The position numbers and the translations under genes are program-made. A stretch of DNA of 64,000 nucleotides, from positions 4,712,001 to 4,776,000 of the forward strand of contig OZ365116.1 of NCBI GenBank assembly GCA_977030845.1, in the 5' to 3' direction. The notes under the pieces were generated by a model. That model saw only the letters and a list, made by a program, of their open reading frames with translations, did no database searches and was not told the DNA's origin. This document shows positions 1 to 12,100 of this stretch, piece by piece. The DNA comes from Fimbriosthenelais zetlandica. Lineage: Eukaryota. Every line of letters begins with the position of its first letter. Within the stretch, counting starts at the first letter, position 1.

Positions 1-11
1 CATGCCCTCGG
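1..11 (+). CDS. 3' end of an upstream coding exon of unidentified gene A (truncated by window edge)
   Basis: CATGCCCTCGG is followed by a perfect donor G|GTGAGT at 12-17. It ends in phase 1 (ATG CCC TCG G), matching the phase-1 start of the exon at 228. Confidence 0.6.
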
Positions 12-227
12 GTGAGTTTCATGGTTGAGTGTAGGCTGTAGCCCATTCCCTTCTGATTTTTTAAATTAAATTATTATTAGACGTTCTATCTTGTCTCAAA
101 ACCAGTAGTTTGAATTATTTTTGCTTATTTTTTTAATCCACACTCTTACATAATTGTACTAGATACTATCACAATGCCAGTTTTTGTGGATGATTTAAAA
201 TATATATTTTGAATTTTCTTTTGACAG

Positions 228-326
228 AAAAAGGCTTGGTAACTGTGGAGAAAATTGGTTGCGTGGATGCTCTTCTATCTTTGGAGGCTTTCGGCTCAGA
301 AACATTGGAGACCGTCACACTAGAAA
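228..326 (+). CDS. Internal coding exon (99 nt) of unidentified gene A
   Basis: Acceptor TTTTCTTTTGACAG| (AG 226-227) and donor |GTAGGC (327). Open frame (E)KGLVTVEKIGCVDALLSLEAFGSETLETVTLE, phase 1 to phase 1, compatible with both neighbouring exons. Confidence 0.7.
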
Positions 327-2399
327 GTAGGCACATCTAAATCAATCAATGCCTTGGCATGGCGTATGTTTAAGACTAGCTTTAACTTTAAGGATTTAAC
401 ATTAGAAATAAGTTCACATTGTTAGTAGACTCCTGGAGAATCTAAATCAGGATTAACAAGTCCTGAAAAACCAGTAAAAACTTCCATAAATTTCCTGGAA
501 ATGTGATAATTTTGCCTTTCTGACAAAATTCTGATCCATTTACAGGCTTGTATGGGCCGAAGAAGTAGCCTACCGAGTATTATAAATGTGCTCCTGGAGA
601 ACTCTGGAAAAGTACTGGAATTTTGGCATCTTGTAACTCTAACACTGTGATTAAAATTAAGATTTAACCACTTCACTTTCCAGCTTCATATATATCCTTA
701 TGCACCGTCGTTCACGATTATTTCATCTGCGAATCTGCGACTCCCCAACATTCTACTAATACATGAACATAGTAGAAATCGCCTGGTTATCAAAAAATAT
801 GGTATCACAGGATTCAGAGACATTGATATTGAGTATTCTACAGTTGTATATTGCAAATGGCACTGCATCACAGACTTGGGTCAAATTGAATTATTCAATT
901 TATAGCATGTAGGCTAGTAATGTTGACATTTTAATCGTGAAAGTTGAATATGGCTGTGGTTTAGCCAGTGGTTCTGTAGTAATTGTAGTGTCAATATCTG
1001 ATAAGGCCATTGAGAAGCTGTGATCTATATTTTATCAGTAGAACCACACAGTGTCAATATTGGTCAGGTTAGATCTGTAGTTTTTTTTTCCAAACATGCG
1101 AAACGTAATCATGATCCAGGATTTTCCATGGATTTTTATCTTGCGTATTGTTTGTATAGTATGTATATTAACATATGCATGTATAATGGTTCAATTTCAT
1201 TTTATTTTCTTAGCTTCTTTTGTGTGTAGATTTTGTGTTGCCCGGTTAAGAAATTGCCTAGAACTCCTGGTCCTTTACAGTGGTTTAACCTTTACTATTT
1301 ATCGATTATCCAATCATTGGATCAATCCTAGACTTATCCAACTTGAGTCTGAGGTAAATGGAAGTCGAAACCTCTGAGACTTTCTTCCAGGGTAATTATT
1401 TGCTACTTGAATCTCCTGAAAAAATCTGTTTATGTTAGTTTAAAAAAATCTTAGATGTTGTGTTGGAACATTGGATGTGAGGTAGCTGTGGAGGCTAGGC
1501 TTAGCGTATACGTGGATATCTACCGGGAGACCGGCATAGGAAGGATTGTACCCCGGTTATTGTAAATATAGCTCTGAAAGGAACCAAATCTGACGTAACA
1601 CCCTTCAAGACGGCTTTCCCAAAACATGGTGCTTGTACATGTTCGACACAAAATTCCAAGGAATTGGACAAAATTTCAAGAATACAGAAGATTTCTACAG
1701 TACCCTAACTTTCTTTTGCCAGATCAAAAACAGCCCAGAACTGTTTTTATATTCTGTAATTGTTACATAGCTGTAACAACGCTTGTAACAAAATAGATAC
1801 CTGTTCTGCCTCATTAACTTCCTATAGAAAAGGTACAGAATGAACTGAACGGTTGAAGAACTTGGCAAGTGATTAGTTAGACATGGAAGTTATAATTGAA
1901 CAAGAAGAAACCTACATATATACATGAATAATAGTCTATTCACAGAGCTACTTCAACACTTGGTCTGCACCTTATACAAAGTAGGAGATTCTTATCAACT
2001 TTACCAATGGATTAACTCTTAAATAGCAGATAAAGTGTGAATAGATTCCACATGAAAATATCACTAATCTGGCAATTTCTGGATTAAATTGTGAAATTTC
2101 TTGGATATGAATAATGGACCATTATTTACCATTGAACAGCCTAAGCCAAAGATTATTAATAACTATCGTATTCAGCACTTGTGTCAGAACTCTGTTTAGT
2201 TCCGTGTACTTGGATTTACCCACACAAAGAAAGGCTGGACATTTCAACATCTTTATACAATGTGAACTGATGAACCGTTTCATTCTCCATTGCTGAAATG
2301 ATCATTTAATAGCGCTCAATCTAGTCGTGAACCACCTTAATACATTATTCATTCCATCACCTTGGACCTTGGCATTTAACTTTGCCATCACAACTACAG

Positions 2400-2586
2400 A
2401 GAAAATGCGGCTGGAAACACGGGTGGTCAAATTTAAAAGCACAACCTTTGTCAAAAGTTTGGATAATTTTAAATTTGTGAGAAGCGAAGGAGGACAAGAC
2501 AATGAAGAGGATAGGACAGTTACTGTGTGGATGGCTCCAATAGGAGGAAGGTCATTCTTACCTATTCTGTCTGAAGGCGAACCAAT
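2400..2586 (+). CDS. Internal coding exon (187 nt) of unidentified gene A
   Basis: Acceptor ...CAACTACAG| (AG 2398-2399) and donor AT|GTAAGT (2587). Open frame (K)KMRLETRVVKFKSTTFVKSLDNFKFVRSEGGQDNEEDRTVTVWMAPIGGRSFLPILSEGEP, phase 1 to phase 2. It lies inside ORF 2327-2590. Confidence 0.75.
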
Positions 2587-2729
2587 GTAAGTATTACAAC
2601 AGTTTTCTACGCTTTTTATCAAATTTCCATGTGTTTTATTTTTGTCTGGTAGGCCTATTTCTTGTTTCATTTGCCTTTGCTGTACATATCCCTCGAGATA
2701 TTCTTGTTCATTGATATCTGTGCCTATGG

Positions 2730-2930
2730 CAGGGAGTTAGCTCAGTTGGTTGGAACACCAGCTCGTTCAGAGAGTTAGCTCATTAGGTTAGAGCAACAGC
2801 TCTTTCAAGTTAGCTTAGATGGTTAGAACACCATCTCATTCAGGGAGTTAGAACACCAGCTCATTCAGGGAGTTAGAGCAGCCCATTTTGTTAGAGCATC
2901 TCATTCAGCGGGTTAGAGCACCAGCTCACT
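2730..2930 (+). repeat. Degenerate tandem array of a ~38-bp unit derived from a tRNA D-arm/A-box
   Basis: About 6 full or partial units with consensus CAGGGAGTTAGCTCAGTTGGTTAGAGCACCAGCTCATT. The core GTTAGCTCAGTTGGTTAGAGC matches the D-arm of eukaryotic tRNA-Ile(AAU) as recalled. No B-box is present. Confidence 0.75.
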
Positions 2931-4431
2931 TGGGAAATGAGTTGTTTCTTTTCCAGCAGGTGGAAGCACGGTAGAAGTGCAGTGAGCAAGGGGGTGAGAT
3001 TTCATCGCTTAGTCGAGAAAATAATGGGTTTCCCCCGGAAAATGCTAAATATATTTATCATGTGTATAATGACTATAATCACATGTAGGCCTACATGATC
3101 TAAAACTATCATCTGCGAGGGTGCACCTTGGCGGGCATATAGCTGAGGACCAATGGGCAAAGATATTCTGAACATTATGCCTTAATTATATTGCTGAATT
3201 ATTGAATAATATTCATGAGGAATATTATTAAACCTATAAAATAATTGCCAGATATATATTTAATGTTACCAGTTTATTAAGACCCTGCTAACATTAGACT
3301 TAAATGTCACACATTTCTATAGGCCTACATTGATATGTGAAGCAAACAATATACTTGCCAATTGTTTTTCACAACTATAGACCCACTCTCTTATTATGGC
3401 TTTAATCCGTATGTTCTTTCCATGCAAAAGTAATCCCCTTAGGCTCTGTTTTGGGGAGCCTAATTCAGTGTGATCCAACTGTGCACATATAGGACTAGGC
3501 CTATACTTAATGATAGGTTAAGACTGGGAATTGCAAGGGAACGCAGTTGGATTCTTTGAGAATTTGCCACTCTTATATGCTATGCCGAGAGTTGAGGATA
3601 GTGAAGGAACCCTGTGGATTTTAAGAAATTCACTGAATCCTGACTTAAAATAACAATGGAATTACCAACACTTGACTGAGGGGTCTCTGGGGGCTTCTGG
3701 TGGTGCAAAGGATACAGTTTTTTGTGAGGGCGGCAAGCAGATGCTCTGTGTCTGCTTTTTTCTGGGAGGAATAATGCTGAAATTGGAAATACCATACCAT
3801 ACTCCAGTCGTCACCAACAGTTTTCATTTTAAACCAAAATCCAGATGCAGGTTAGTTGGATTATTGATTGACTAGAAGTTATGAATATATTTTATATTTG
3901 TCATAAATTATTTCCTTGCGAAATTGGATTCGCAGGGTTTTTAGCATAGATCGATATAGGGTATAGACTGTGGAGGATTTTTAGAGTTAGGGAATGTAAG
4001 TTTTATTCAACTCATTGCGCTACAAACTTTCGTCTATACCAACTCAAAGGACGACAATTTGTTGTGCCGTGCTTTCATTACTGTTACCCATTCGTCTTTC
4101 TTTCAATGACGGTGCATTTGAAAAGTTAAAAAAAACTTGAGAGCAGGAATAATCATACTAATGCACAATTTGGACGACAGGCTGGATCTAAATGATCATG
4201 CAATACTCAAATAGATCGATTGGTGCCAATCTTTTGGCATCTTTAATAAGAATGAAGACAGCAATCAATTATGTTTCATGTTTTAATTTGAGATGGCCTG
4301 ATTGCACGCCATGGATCCGGTACAGGTTTACATGAACAACATGACCACATAGCTCTTAGACGCTAGACCTATCTTTGATAATACAAATTCATTTTGCTAA
4401 TGAAGGTACTGACAATTATGAATTCTTATTA

Positions 4432-4484
4432 ATTCATCCATTCATTCATTCATTCATTCAGTCATTCATCCATTCATTCATCCA
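4432..4484 (+). repeat. (ATTC)n microsatellite, imperfect
   Basis: ATTCATCCATTCATTCATTCATTCATTCAGTCATTCATCCATTCATTCATCCA. Confidence 0.9.
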
Positions 4485-5596
4485 CTAAATCTCATCCCCT
4501 CCCCCCTCCACCATTCTCCATCACAGCATGATCCAACACGCTTAGACAAAAAAAACATCACTTTCCCAGCCGGCCACCAGGGGATGGGCAGGCACCACGA
4601 GATTAATCAGCGCCCCCTAGGGCGTTGCTTGGACATTATCAAGGTGCAAGAAGCAGAAAATGGAGGTTTATTCCAGAATCAATCGTCATGCACGCAACTT
4701 TAGCCATTAATAATGAAAACAGCTTGGATCACACATGGTAGAGAGGTGGTGTAACTTTCACCTTTGTTGGAACTTACCTTTTACTTAATATCCATCATGA
4801 TTGTGGCAACACAAACCAAGCACGCATTCTCTGATCAACACATTTCTATTGTGTTTGGATCTACAGTATTTATCCCACTTGGAGCCCTTCCTCTTCCTGT
4901 ATTCAAACCAAACACCTTAACAGGTCATGAATCGAGCTGTGACCAAACTTTGAGTAAGCTCACATATAAATAGACGAACCTTACTGGAAACCATTCACCC
5001 CCATTTTCTATACACCATTGAACATAAGATCAACCTTGATTAACCTAAAAAGGATTTACCTGATGGATTAAGCCGTTGGTGGTGGATTAATTAAGCTTGA
5101 CCACTGATGGATTAGTGCAGCCTCAGGTACTCAAACTATCCCCCATGGTGCAGGTTGACCAACAGGTAGCATGATGCTAATCAAATGTGAATGAAGAGCC
5201 TGATACATTCTGTCTTCATTTGGAGTCAGACTATAGCTATAGTTGGTGAAAGATTGCTCCCTCAATAGCTGTCTCGATCATTGGTTTATCGCCTTCCAGG
5301 CTTAATGTTGGATGTTAAGGTGGATTAGGATATACATGGATTATCTAGTTGTGTGGAATATAGAGGTGCGGGAGGACGGGAGGAAGAGAAGGTGCACGTC
5401 GGCCGTGCCTGGGTACATGAGGTCGACACTCACCACCCCAGGGCCATGCGCACGGTGAGGTTGATCAAAAATAATTATTTCCTCTAATACAACATTAGAG
5501 AGTTTAATTTGTCGCTCAAGGAGCGGGTGGGGGACTTTTTATTTAGATTTTCCCATGTTAAGTCTCTGGGAAACTTAACTGAGAAAATGTCTGCTT

Positions 5597-5641
5597 GTGG
5601 GTGGCTGAATTGAATGCAAAAGGACCCGGGTTCAATTCCCC
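5597..5641 (+). mobile_element. Degenerate tRNA-derived SINE head (A-box and B-box)
   Basis: A-box-like TGGCTGAATTG at 5602 and B-box/T-arm GGGTTCAATTCCC at 5628-5640. The spacing is too short for an intact tRNA. Confidence 0.4.
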
Positions 5642-6994
5642 AATCAGCTTTAAAAATAGCCTAGGTTTTATTCCATATTAGATACATCTACATTAGATAC
5701 ATGGATGATATATTGTAAGTCTCAGTTAATTGGTATTGATAAAGTTGCCCATGTTGAGACGGTATCAGTCTGAATATTCATCTCCAATTTCCTCCCCCTC
5801 CACCATCACTCACACCTTGGCTTCAGATTATCGGCTAATACATTTAATCCATCTCCCTCTTGGTATAAACACCATTAATTCTTCCCTTCACACCCACATT
5901 CCCTCCTCAAACACTCCTTTATCCGGACCAGCCCTATTCCAGCACTCCCTCTCCCCCTTTCCCACCCCAACTGTTTACTGAATCAATTGTCTGGCACCAA
6001 TTTACAGGACGGGGCTGAATTGTAGCGCAATCAAAAACCTATCATTGCATACCTGATTGGTTTGTCTACACAAGCTCTTGTTTCTCTAGCGGGGGAAAGT
6101 GGCGTGGGAAAGTTAATTAATTGGAACGCCTGAACACTAATAATCAGAGATATTGGCCAGAAACGGTGGCTCCAGCACACCGGGGACTTTACCTTAATCA
6201 TTGCTTCCCCTAGGACAATGGTTAGTTGGATAGACATTAAAAACACCCAGCTTGTCTCTAGACAAGGGAAAAAGCTTTTCTGAACTTTCTTCCTACGTCT
6301 CCTACTTTCCTATCCATATGGCACTGGAAATGAAATTGAATTTCAAGGCAAGAATTTGTCTTCAAAAATACAATATTCTTGTACCAGATTAGCAGTAATT
6401 TGCTGTTTAATTTTCCAATCAATGGTGTATCTCATGCTGTTGACCTCCCAAACAAAATCCCTTTTCTCTTACCATGGCATTAGACAGACCTCTTGAGACC
6501 TAGATCAGGTGGTTTTTGCCTTGAACAACTCTGTTTTATTGAGTGTGATTGAGTGAGCCACACACAGACCTGTTTATTCAGGGTCAGAGGTGATCTTAGT
6601 CAATAAAGGCAGTGTTGGATACAGTTGAATCAAAACACCTCAACCATAGACCTCTACACAGTACGGTGGTCTTAAATACTCTAAAATCCTCTCAGGAAAG
6701 GTCTACTATTTATGTGAGACTTTAGTAGCTTATATATAGGCCATATACCTCTTATTGATTTCTCATTTCCTGGACTTAGGCCAGGAAAATACTTGCTTGC
6801 TCTTATAAAATACTCAAGAACAGATAGATTCATTTGACATGATTTAAATCATGAATGTAGGCCTAATTGTACGCAGGGGTTTTACAATTCATTCCTATGA
6901 TATGTCTTTGTGTCTTGCCTTTGGCGCGATCTTTTTTTTAAAGAAGGAAACATGTATATATGTAGTTGACGTCATTTTGCTGTTTTTTTTCCAG

Positions 6995-8087
6995 TCCTTC
7001 CTCGACCTCATCCTACCTGCGGGACTCACCCACGTCATTCTCAGACCGGAACTACGTCAGGAACCCTGGTGTGACGTCACCAGCGTCATCCAATCAGCGC
7101 ACGTCTGCGGGGTCATCGTCAGGAGATGGCGGCGTGGCCACATTCTGTGACTGGTCACATGGTAAATGTCGTAGTAGTGACTTTAATACGAGGTCGACAT
7201 CATTGATGTCACCTCGACCTCTCCCTGTCATGTCAGCTGACCAGGGCATGATGAGAGCTCGGTTAAAGCAGATGAGAGGAGAGTCCCTGCCTGGTTCAGG
7301 TACAGGACATGGCAGTCGACACTTACACCACCGAGGCTTCAACACTGGAGGAACAAGTATGTCTTACCCTGAATCCTCACGTATGTTCATTCGGCAAAAA
7401 TCAGGAGCGACAAAGGGTGAGAAGGAAATCATGATGGGGATCTGTCAGAACCGGGGTGACATCGCGGCTGACTCGTATGCTGACTGCCCTGACTGCTTGG
7501 TGTCATCATATGGCTTACTGTCACATCGTGATGCCTGGTCATTCGGTAAGGTTCGGAACACACCAGGCAGACTCTTCCCTCCCGTCCCTAATACAAACAA
7601 AAAATACCCTGATATTTATCACATTGCTAGCCTGGCTAAAGCCAGATTAGGTCATGATGAGACGAATGGAAGCTTCACTGATCAGAAACACAAACCATCA
7701 AAACAACCAGAACGACCTGCATCTCATGACGAGGATAGCAAGACTATAGATTCATGTCTGGTGTGTACAAGACCCAAATCATTAGATCAAGACTTGATAT
7801 CTAGAGGTGGTTATAACCCAGCAGGTAAGATCCCCCCTCCCACTACCCCTGTCACAGATATCCCGGATAATGACATCAATACTGACACCACGCCCACACT
7901 CTTCACCAAACCTGTCCCCAGACTCAAACGGGATAAACCTAAAATGAAACCCAAACTTTTACTCAACGTTCATCTGCCCCGTGTGCCCCAATCTATAAGG
8001 AACAGTGAGGAAAATGATTTTGATTTTTCTGAGGACAAAATTAGAAAACATGTCTTGCCACCTAAACATCATTTAGAGACTAGATAG
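6995..8087 (+). CDS. Terminal coding exon of unidentified gene A (~363 aa, Ser/Pro/Lys-rich, probably disordered)
   Basis: Long ORF 6966-8087. Strong acceptor TGTTTTTTTTCCAG| (AG 6993-6994) in phase 2, matching the 2586 donor. Stop TAG at 8085-8087, with AATAAA at 8390 and 8652 downstream. No domain recognised. Confidence 0.8.
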
Positions 8088-9082
8088 ACCCCTTCATGAG
8101 GATCAAATACAAAGGTGCAGAAATGATGTGTACTGAGCAAAACAATGTGGGCAAATTGAACAAAATTAAAATCCCAGTTCCTGATATCATTTTCAGGAGA
8201 AAGGATGGAAAATATTCAGGTTATCTACAATGTTTGTTTGTAATGTAAGGTATTGAACCATGTATTATTGCTCGGATGTTTAATTTAGGCAAATTCAGCA
8301 GCACCAGTCTCATTGCCGGAGTAATCTTATCTGGGAATATTAAATGAAATGCAATGTATATCTAATCTTTATCCAGGGACAGGGGAAAAAATAAATATCC
8401 CTTTATGAAATGAAGCTTTAGCACGTTTCATAAGATGGGGAAATCTGAGACGCTTTTGAATTATGTAGCAAAGAGTGTTGAAAATAATAATGGAATATAA
8501 ATTTAAGAGAGAATTTGTTTTGGACGGAATGGGCCCAGCAGCCGTGGCTAAGGCAATCTCAATCCGTTTTTCTATCATTCATGATATGATAAAGATTGTT
8601 AATATAGTTGAGCATGCAATAGCTCCATGAGGCGGTGATAAACATGGCTGGAATAAACCATGCGTCCCCTCTACATATTTCATCAAGCACAACCATCTAT
8701 ATACTCTTGCATTGCAGCCTTAAGTTTAAAACTTTTAAATGGATGTTTTTAATTGAAGTTTTCAATGATAATTTTCAATGACAATCTCTGGGTCCCGTCA
8801 GTTATTACTAAGATTTGATTTTAATCATAAGGGAATGTTGAACCATTTGCTTTAAGAGATTTAAGGTAGTATTTAACTGCTCGCAATATTGAGGAGGAGA
8901 TGGTTCGATGGTGCCCTCTGTTGCCTGTGGAGAATACCACCTATTCTATACTATCATTTATGCTCTATAATGTTACACTGCATGTTCTATAGAACAAAAG
9001 ATGGTTCCATTTTCTCTCTGTCAGTCTTCAATGAAGGACCTGCTCAGAGGGAGTATGTGGGAAGAGCCACCCTCATCCCAGC

Positions 9083-9103
9083 ATCCGGGTTGAAACCCCG
9101 GAT
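9083..9103 (+). mobile_element. tRNA T-arm/B-box-like hairpin, probable SINE remnant
   Basis: ATCCGGG-TTGAAAC-CCCGGAT forms a 7-bp stem with a T-loop-like loop. There is only a weak A-box upstream. Confidence 0.3.
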
Positions 9104-12100
9104 CTCGGCGGACCGAAGCTTTTGTTCCAGGGATGGAAAAACCCTTAATGAAAAAGCTCCATGTTATTTTATTTGTTGAGGACAGCTCCACTGAGAGTGG
9201 GGCTTATGTAAGGGAGGAATTGTAACACAGTAGCAAGGCGTGTAGTGATAGGGAGGCGCGCGATCAATGAACAGTTGTGGTGGAAGTGATGCAAGGGGCT
9301 TAATCTTTGCATATGGAAAGGGCCCTGCTTGATGAAAAATATTTTTTTTATAACAAGTCAACCGATGTGGCTAAGGTTTTTTGCTGTAGCGTGCGTGTTA
9401 AGACGTAGGCTATCTACAATAATGGGTGCAGCAAGAACATGCATGAACACCCATCGAGTGGAGTTTTTGGCAGTTTAAGCAGCACTTGTTCGGAAAATAG
9501 GTGACCCCGTTTCAAGATAAATAAATAAAAATAGTCCGAAGGATTAATCTTCTCACTTAAATTCAAAATTTGTGGGTTCAGAATAAGTAGGTTTAACGAT
9601 TTGAGGAAGGCTGACAGATCAATAAGTTTCAGTGAGTCTTCACGAATTGTCTTGGAGCCTCTTTAAGGATGCCAATCCAGGAAGACTATTCATCAATATA
9701 AAAGTAATGCATCTGTACAGATCCCTTAGCTGAAAATCATCCCAACACTTGAGGAATCAAGAGGATGACTAAAAGACCACACTATAGTCCACCACTAAGA
9801 CTTCTGTACTGACTTACCATGAGCGAATCAGTCCCTGTTTTGAAGACTTAACTCTTGTCGCTCTATATTGAACTTTCAGCTGTAACAGACGTATAGCTAA
9901 ATCCCTTCTCACAGTGACAGGAGCGGCTGACGACATAGAGATTACTCTGATACTGCCCCGAGAGGCACAGCTTTCAAGCTGCTTTGATTTAAAATGAGAC
10001 TTTACCGTGAAACATCAGGGGACTATACAATCAATAAGACCTATTTTTTGTCTCTCTCCCTTCTGAAAGACATATTTGCTTAGCCGAAGCTTTTACCGGA
10101 GAGCACAGATAAAATCAAGCACATTAAACTGTCAATGTCAACTACAAAACTATGGAATACTAAGGCCCATTATTTGGTCTCATATTTGAACTGTTACTGG
10201 AGCCATGGAAGATTTGATAAAGTAAGACAGAGGACATTTTGCATTGCGTCGATCCATATTATCTTTATTCATTACCACGGGGGTTTCTCAAGAGAACACT
10301 GGGAGGACGAGGTCTATAATAGTAACATAACCAGATCATGCTAATTATCTCCATCATATGATTATCATACATTAATTATCCTCGTACATTAGACGTATAT
10401 CGGCATAATAAAATCTAAACAATGCATTCTTCATCAACAGATAAATCATAGTTAACAATTCGTATTCTCATGCCCGCTTCCCATCATGATAAATCAAACT
10501 CTTCACAATTTCAAGATTAACTCATATACTACTATAATGATCATTAATATCATTTATTTAAGTTGAATATTGGTCCTGCCTATAGTTGCAGAACATCCTC
10601 CCACTTTGTATTTCGCCATTCTGACCTTTCCCTGAGTGAGCAGGCTCCGGAAATGGACTTGACAACTTCCGGTCTTTCACGCATGCGCTGTCCATATTCC
10701 ATGGTACCATCCACGTGATATGAACCAAGCCATGATGAATCACAGGTTTATCGTGGCTAATATTTACTGACAATAGAGAAACAGGTTGAAAGAATATGAA
10801 GTATAGGAACTATAGCCATGCCACAGCATGAGCCTTACCGCCAGAATCCTGACAGAATATTCTAACATCGAATAGGCCTATAATCCTCTCACCATACGTC
10901 TACTATTAAAACCTCCCTTGTGTATGATTGTCATTCACTAAAAAAACTTTTAAAAAATGAACACGAAGGGGACGTATATGCAAGAGCAGATAAAATTAAA
11001 AAACTACTTGACAATTAGGAATCTTCTAACAGAATCCCCTTTAGCTAATTTTATAGAGGCCTATTTAAAAGTTTTCTGTTATATTGGAATGTATTTGGTG
11101 GAATTAGCCTATTATTGGACCATTGTTATTAACTTTTTTTTGGCATGCCATTCTGCACTTTCAATTCCAAACTTCTTTCAGTCACTTTGCTGAACACAAT
11201 TTGTGTACTTCGTAATGCGTTTTCCGAGTTACTGCACTTAACACATGCACGATATGTGTGATACGCCGCGTCCATACAACTTGGTATATATGTGTACATG
11301 ACATTTTGCTAATATATAATATAGTATTCTTGTAGTATAGGGAATGGCATTTACACAATGTTTCCATATCTTAGTACATATAGACAATATGAACCCTACA
11401 CGACTAGACCAGTTATTGGTGTACCAAAGATCCTCAACAGAACAAGACTACAATTCCATCAGAATAATATCTCTAAGGACATTGTCAATGCAATAGTTTG
11501 TCTTAACAGCAGCAGTAACATGTTCTCTTTCTAGATATATATCTTGTAATAGCATGTTTAACAACAACAGTGGAACAAATGCAGATATCTATATACCTAT
11601 ATTCAAATAGTAAAGAACTTTTCCTTCCAGGTATATATAATATTCTTAAGATCATCCTTGGAACCTTTTCGTGACATCCCCATGGATATGTATAGGCATG
11701 CTGTCACACGTCTTTTCTATTTCTTTTAAGAACTTGGTGTAGAAGATCATATGTAGGTATATCACAATATCTCAATATTGAATAAGACTTGAGGAATGGT
11801 TTTGCAATGTAAAATACAGGGCAAAGATGATATTTTCACAAAGTGAAAGCTTGAAGGCTACACAGCATTTTGAGGAAAGTCTATGTTGCAAAGGAATCAA
11901 ATGAAGGGGGGTTTTTGTGTATACAAGCGGGCAATGTTATTGTCAGAACTATCAGTCATATGGGTTATTGTTCCTGTATAAGATCCTTTAATGTAAATAT
12001 TTGTAAATAAGGAGTTCCAAGAGAAATCTTTGGTCCATTGTCTGACCATTGGAAACCTCCAGAAATATGTTCTATAAAAATCCTAGTGGGGACTTGATGA

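Noticed and set aside
2957-2993. Strong NAGNAG acceptor (GTTGTTTCTTTTCCAGCAG|) with GT donors at 2982 and 2994 in the last intron of gene A
   Set aside because: The resulting exon ends in phase 0, whereas the terminal exon needs phase 2, and I found no bridging exon. It is left out of the gene model.
4773-4800. Perfect minus-strand donor AAG|GTAAGT at 4778
   Set aside because: All three frames have stops shortly upstream, and there is no matching acceptor or promoter.
6967-7100. Two CRE palindromes (6967, 7072) and a CCAAT near the start of the last exon of gene A
   Set aside because: They overlap the acceptor region and coding sequence. There is no other promoter evidence, so coincidence is likely.
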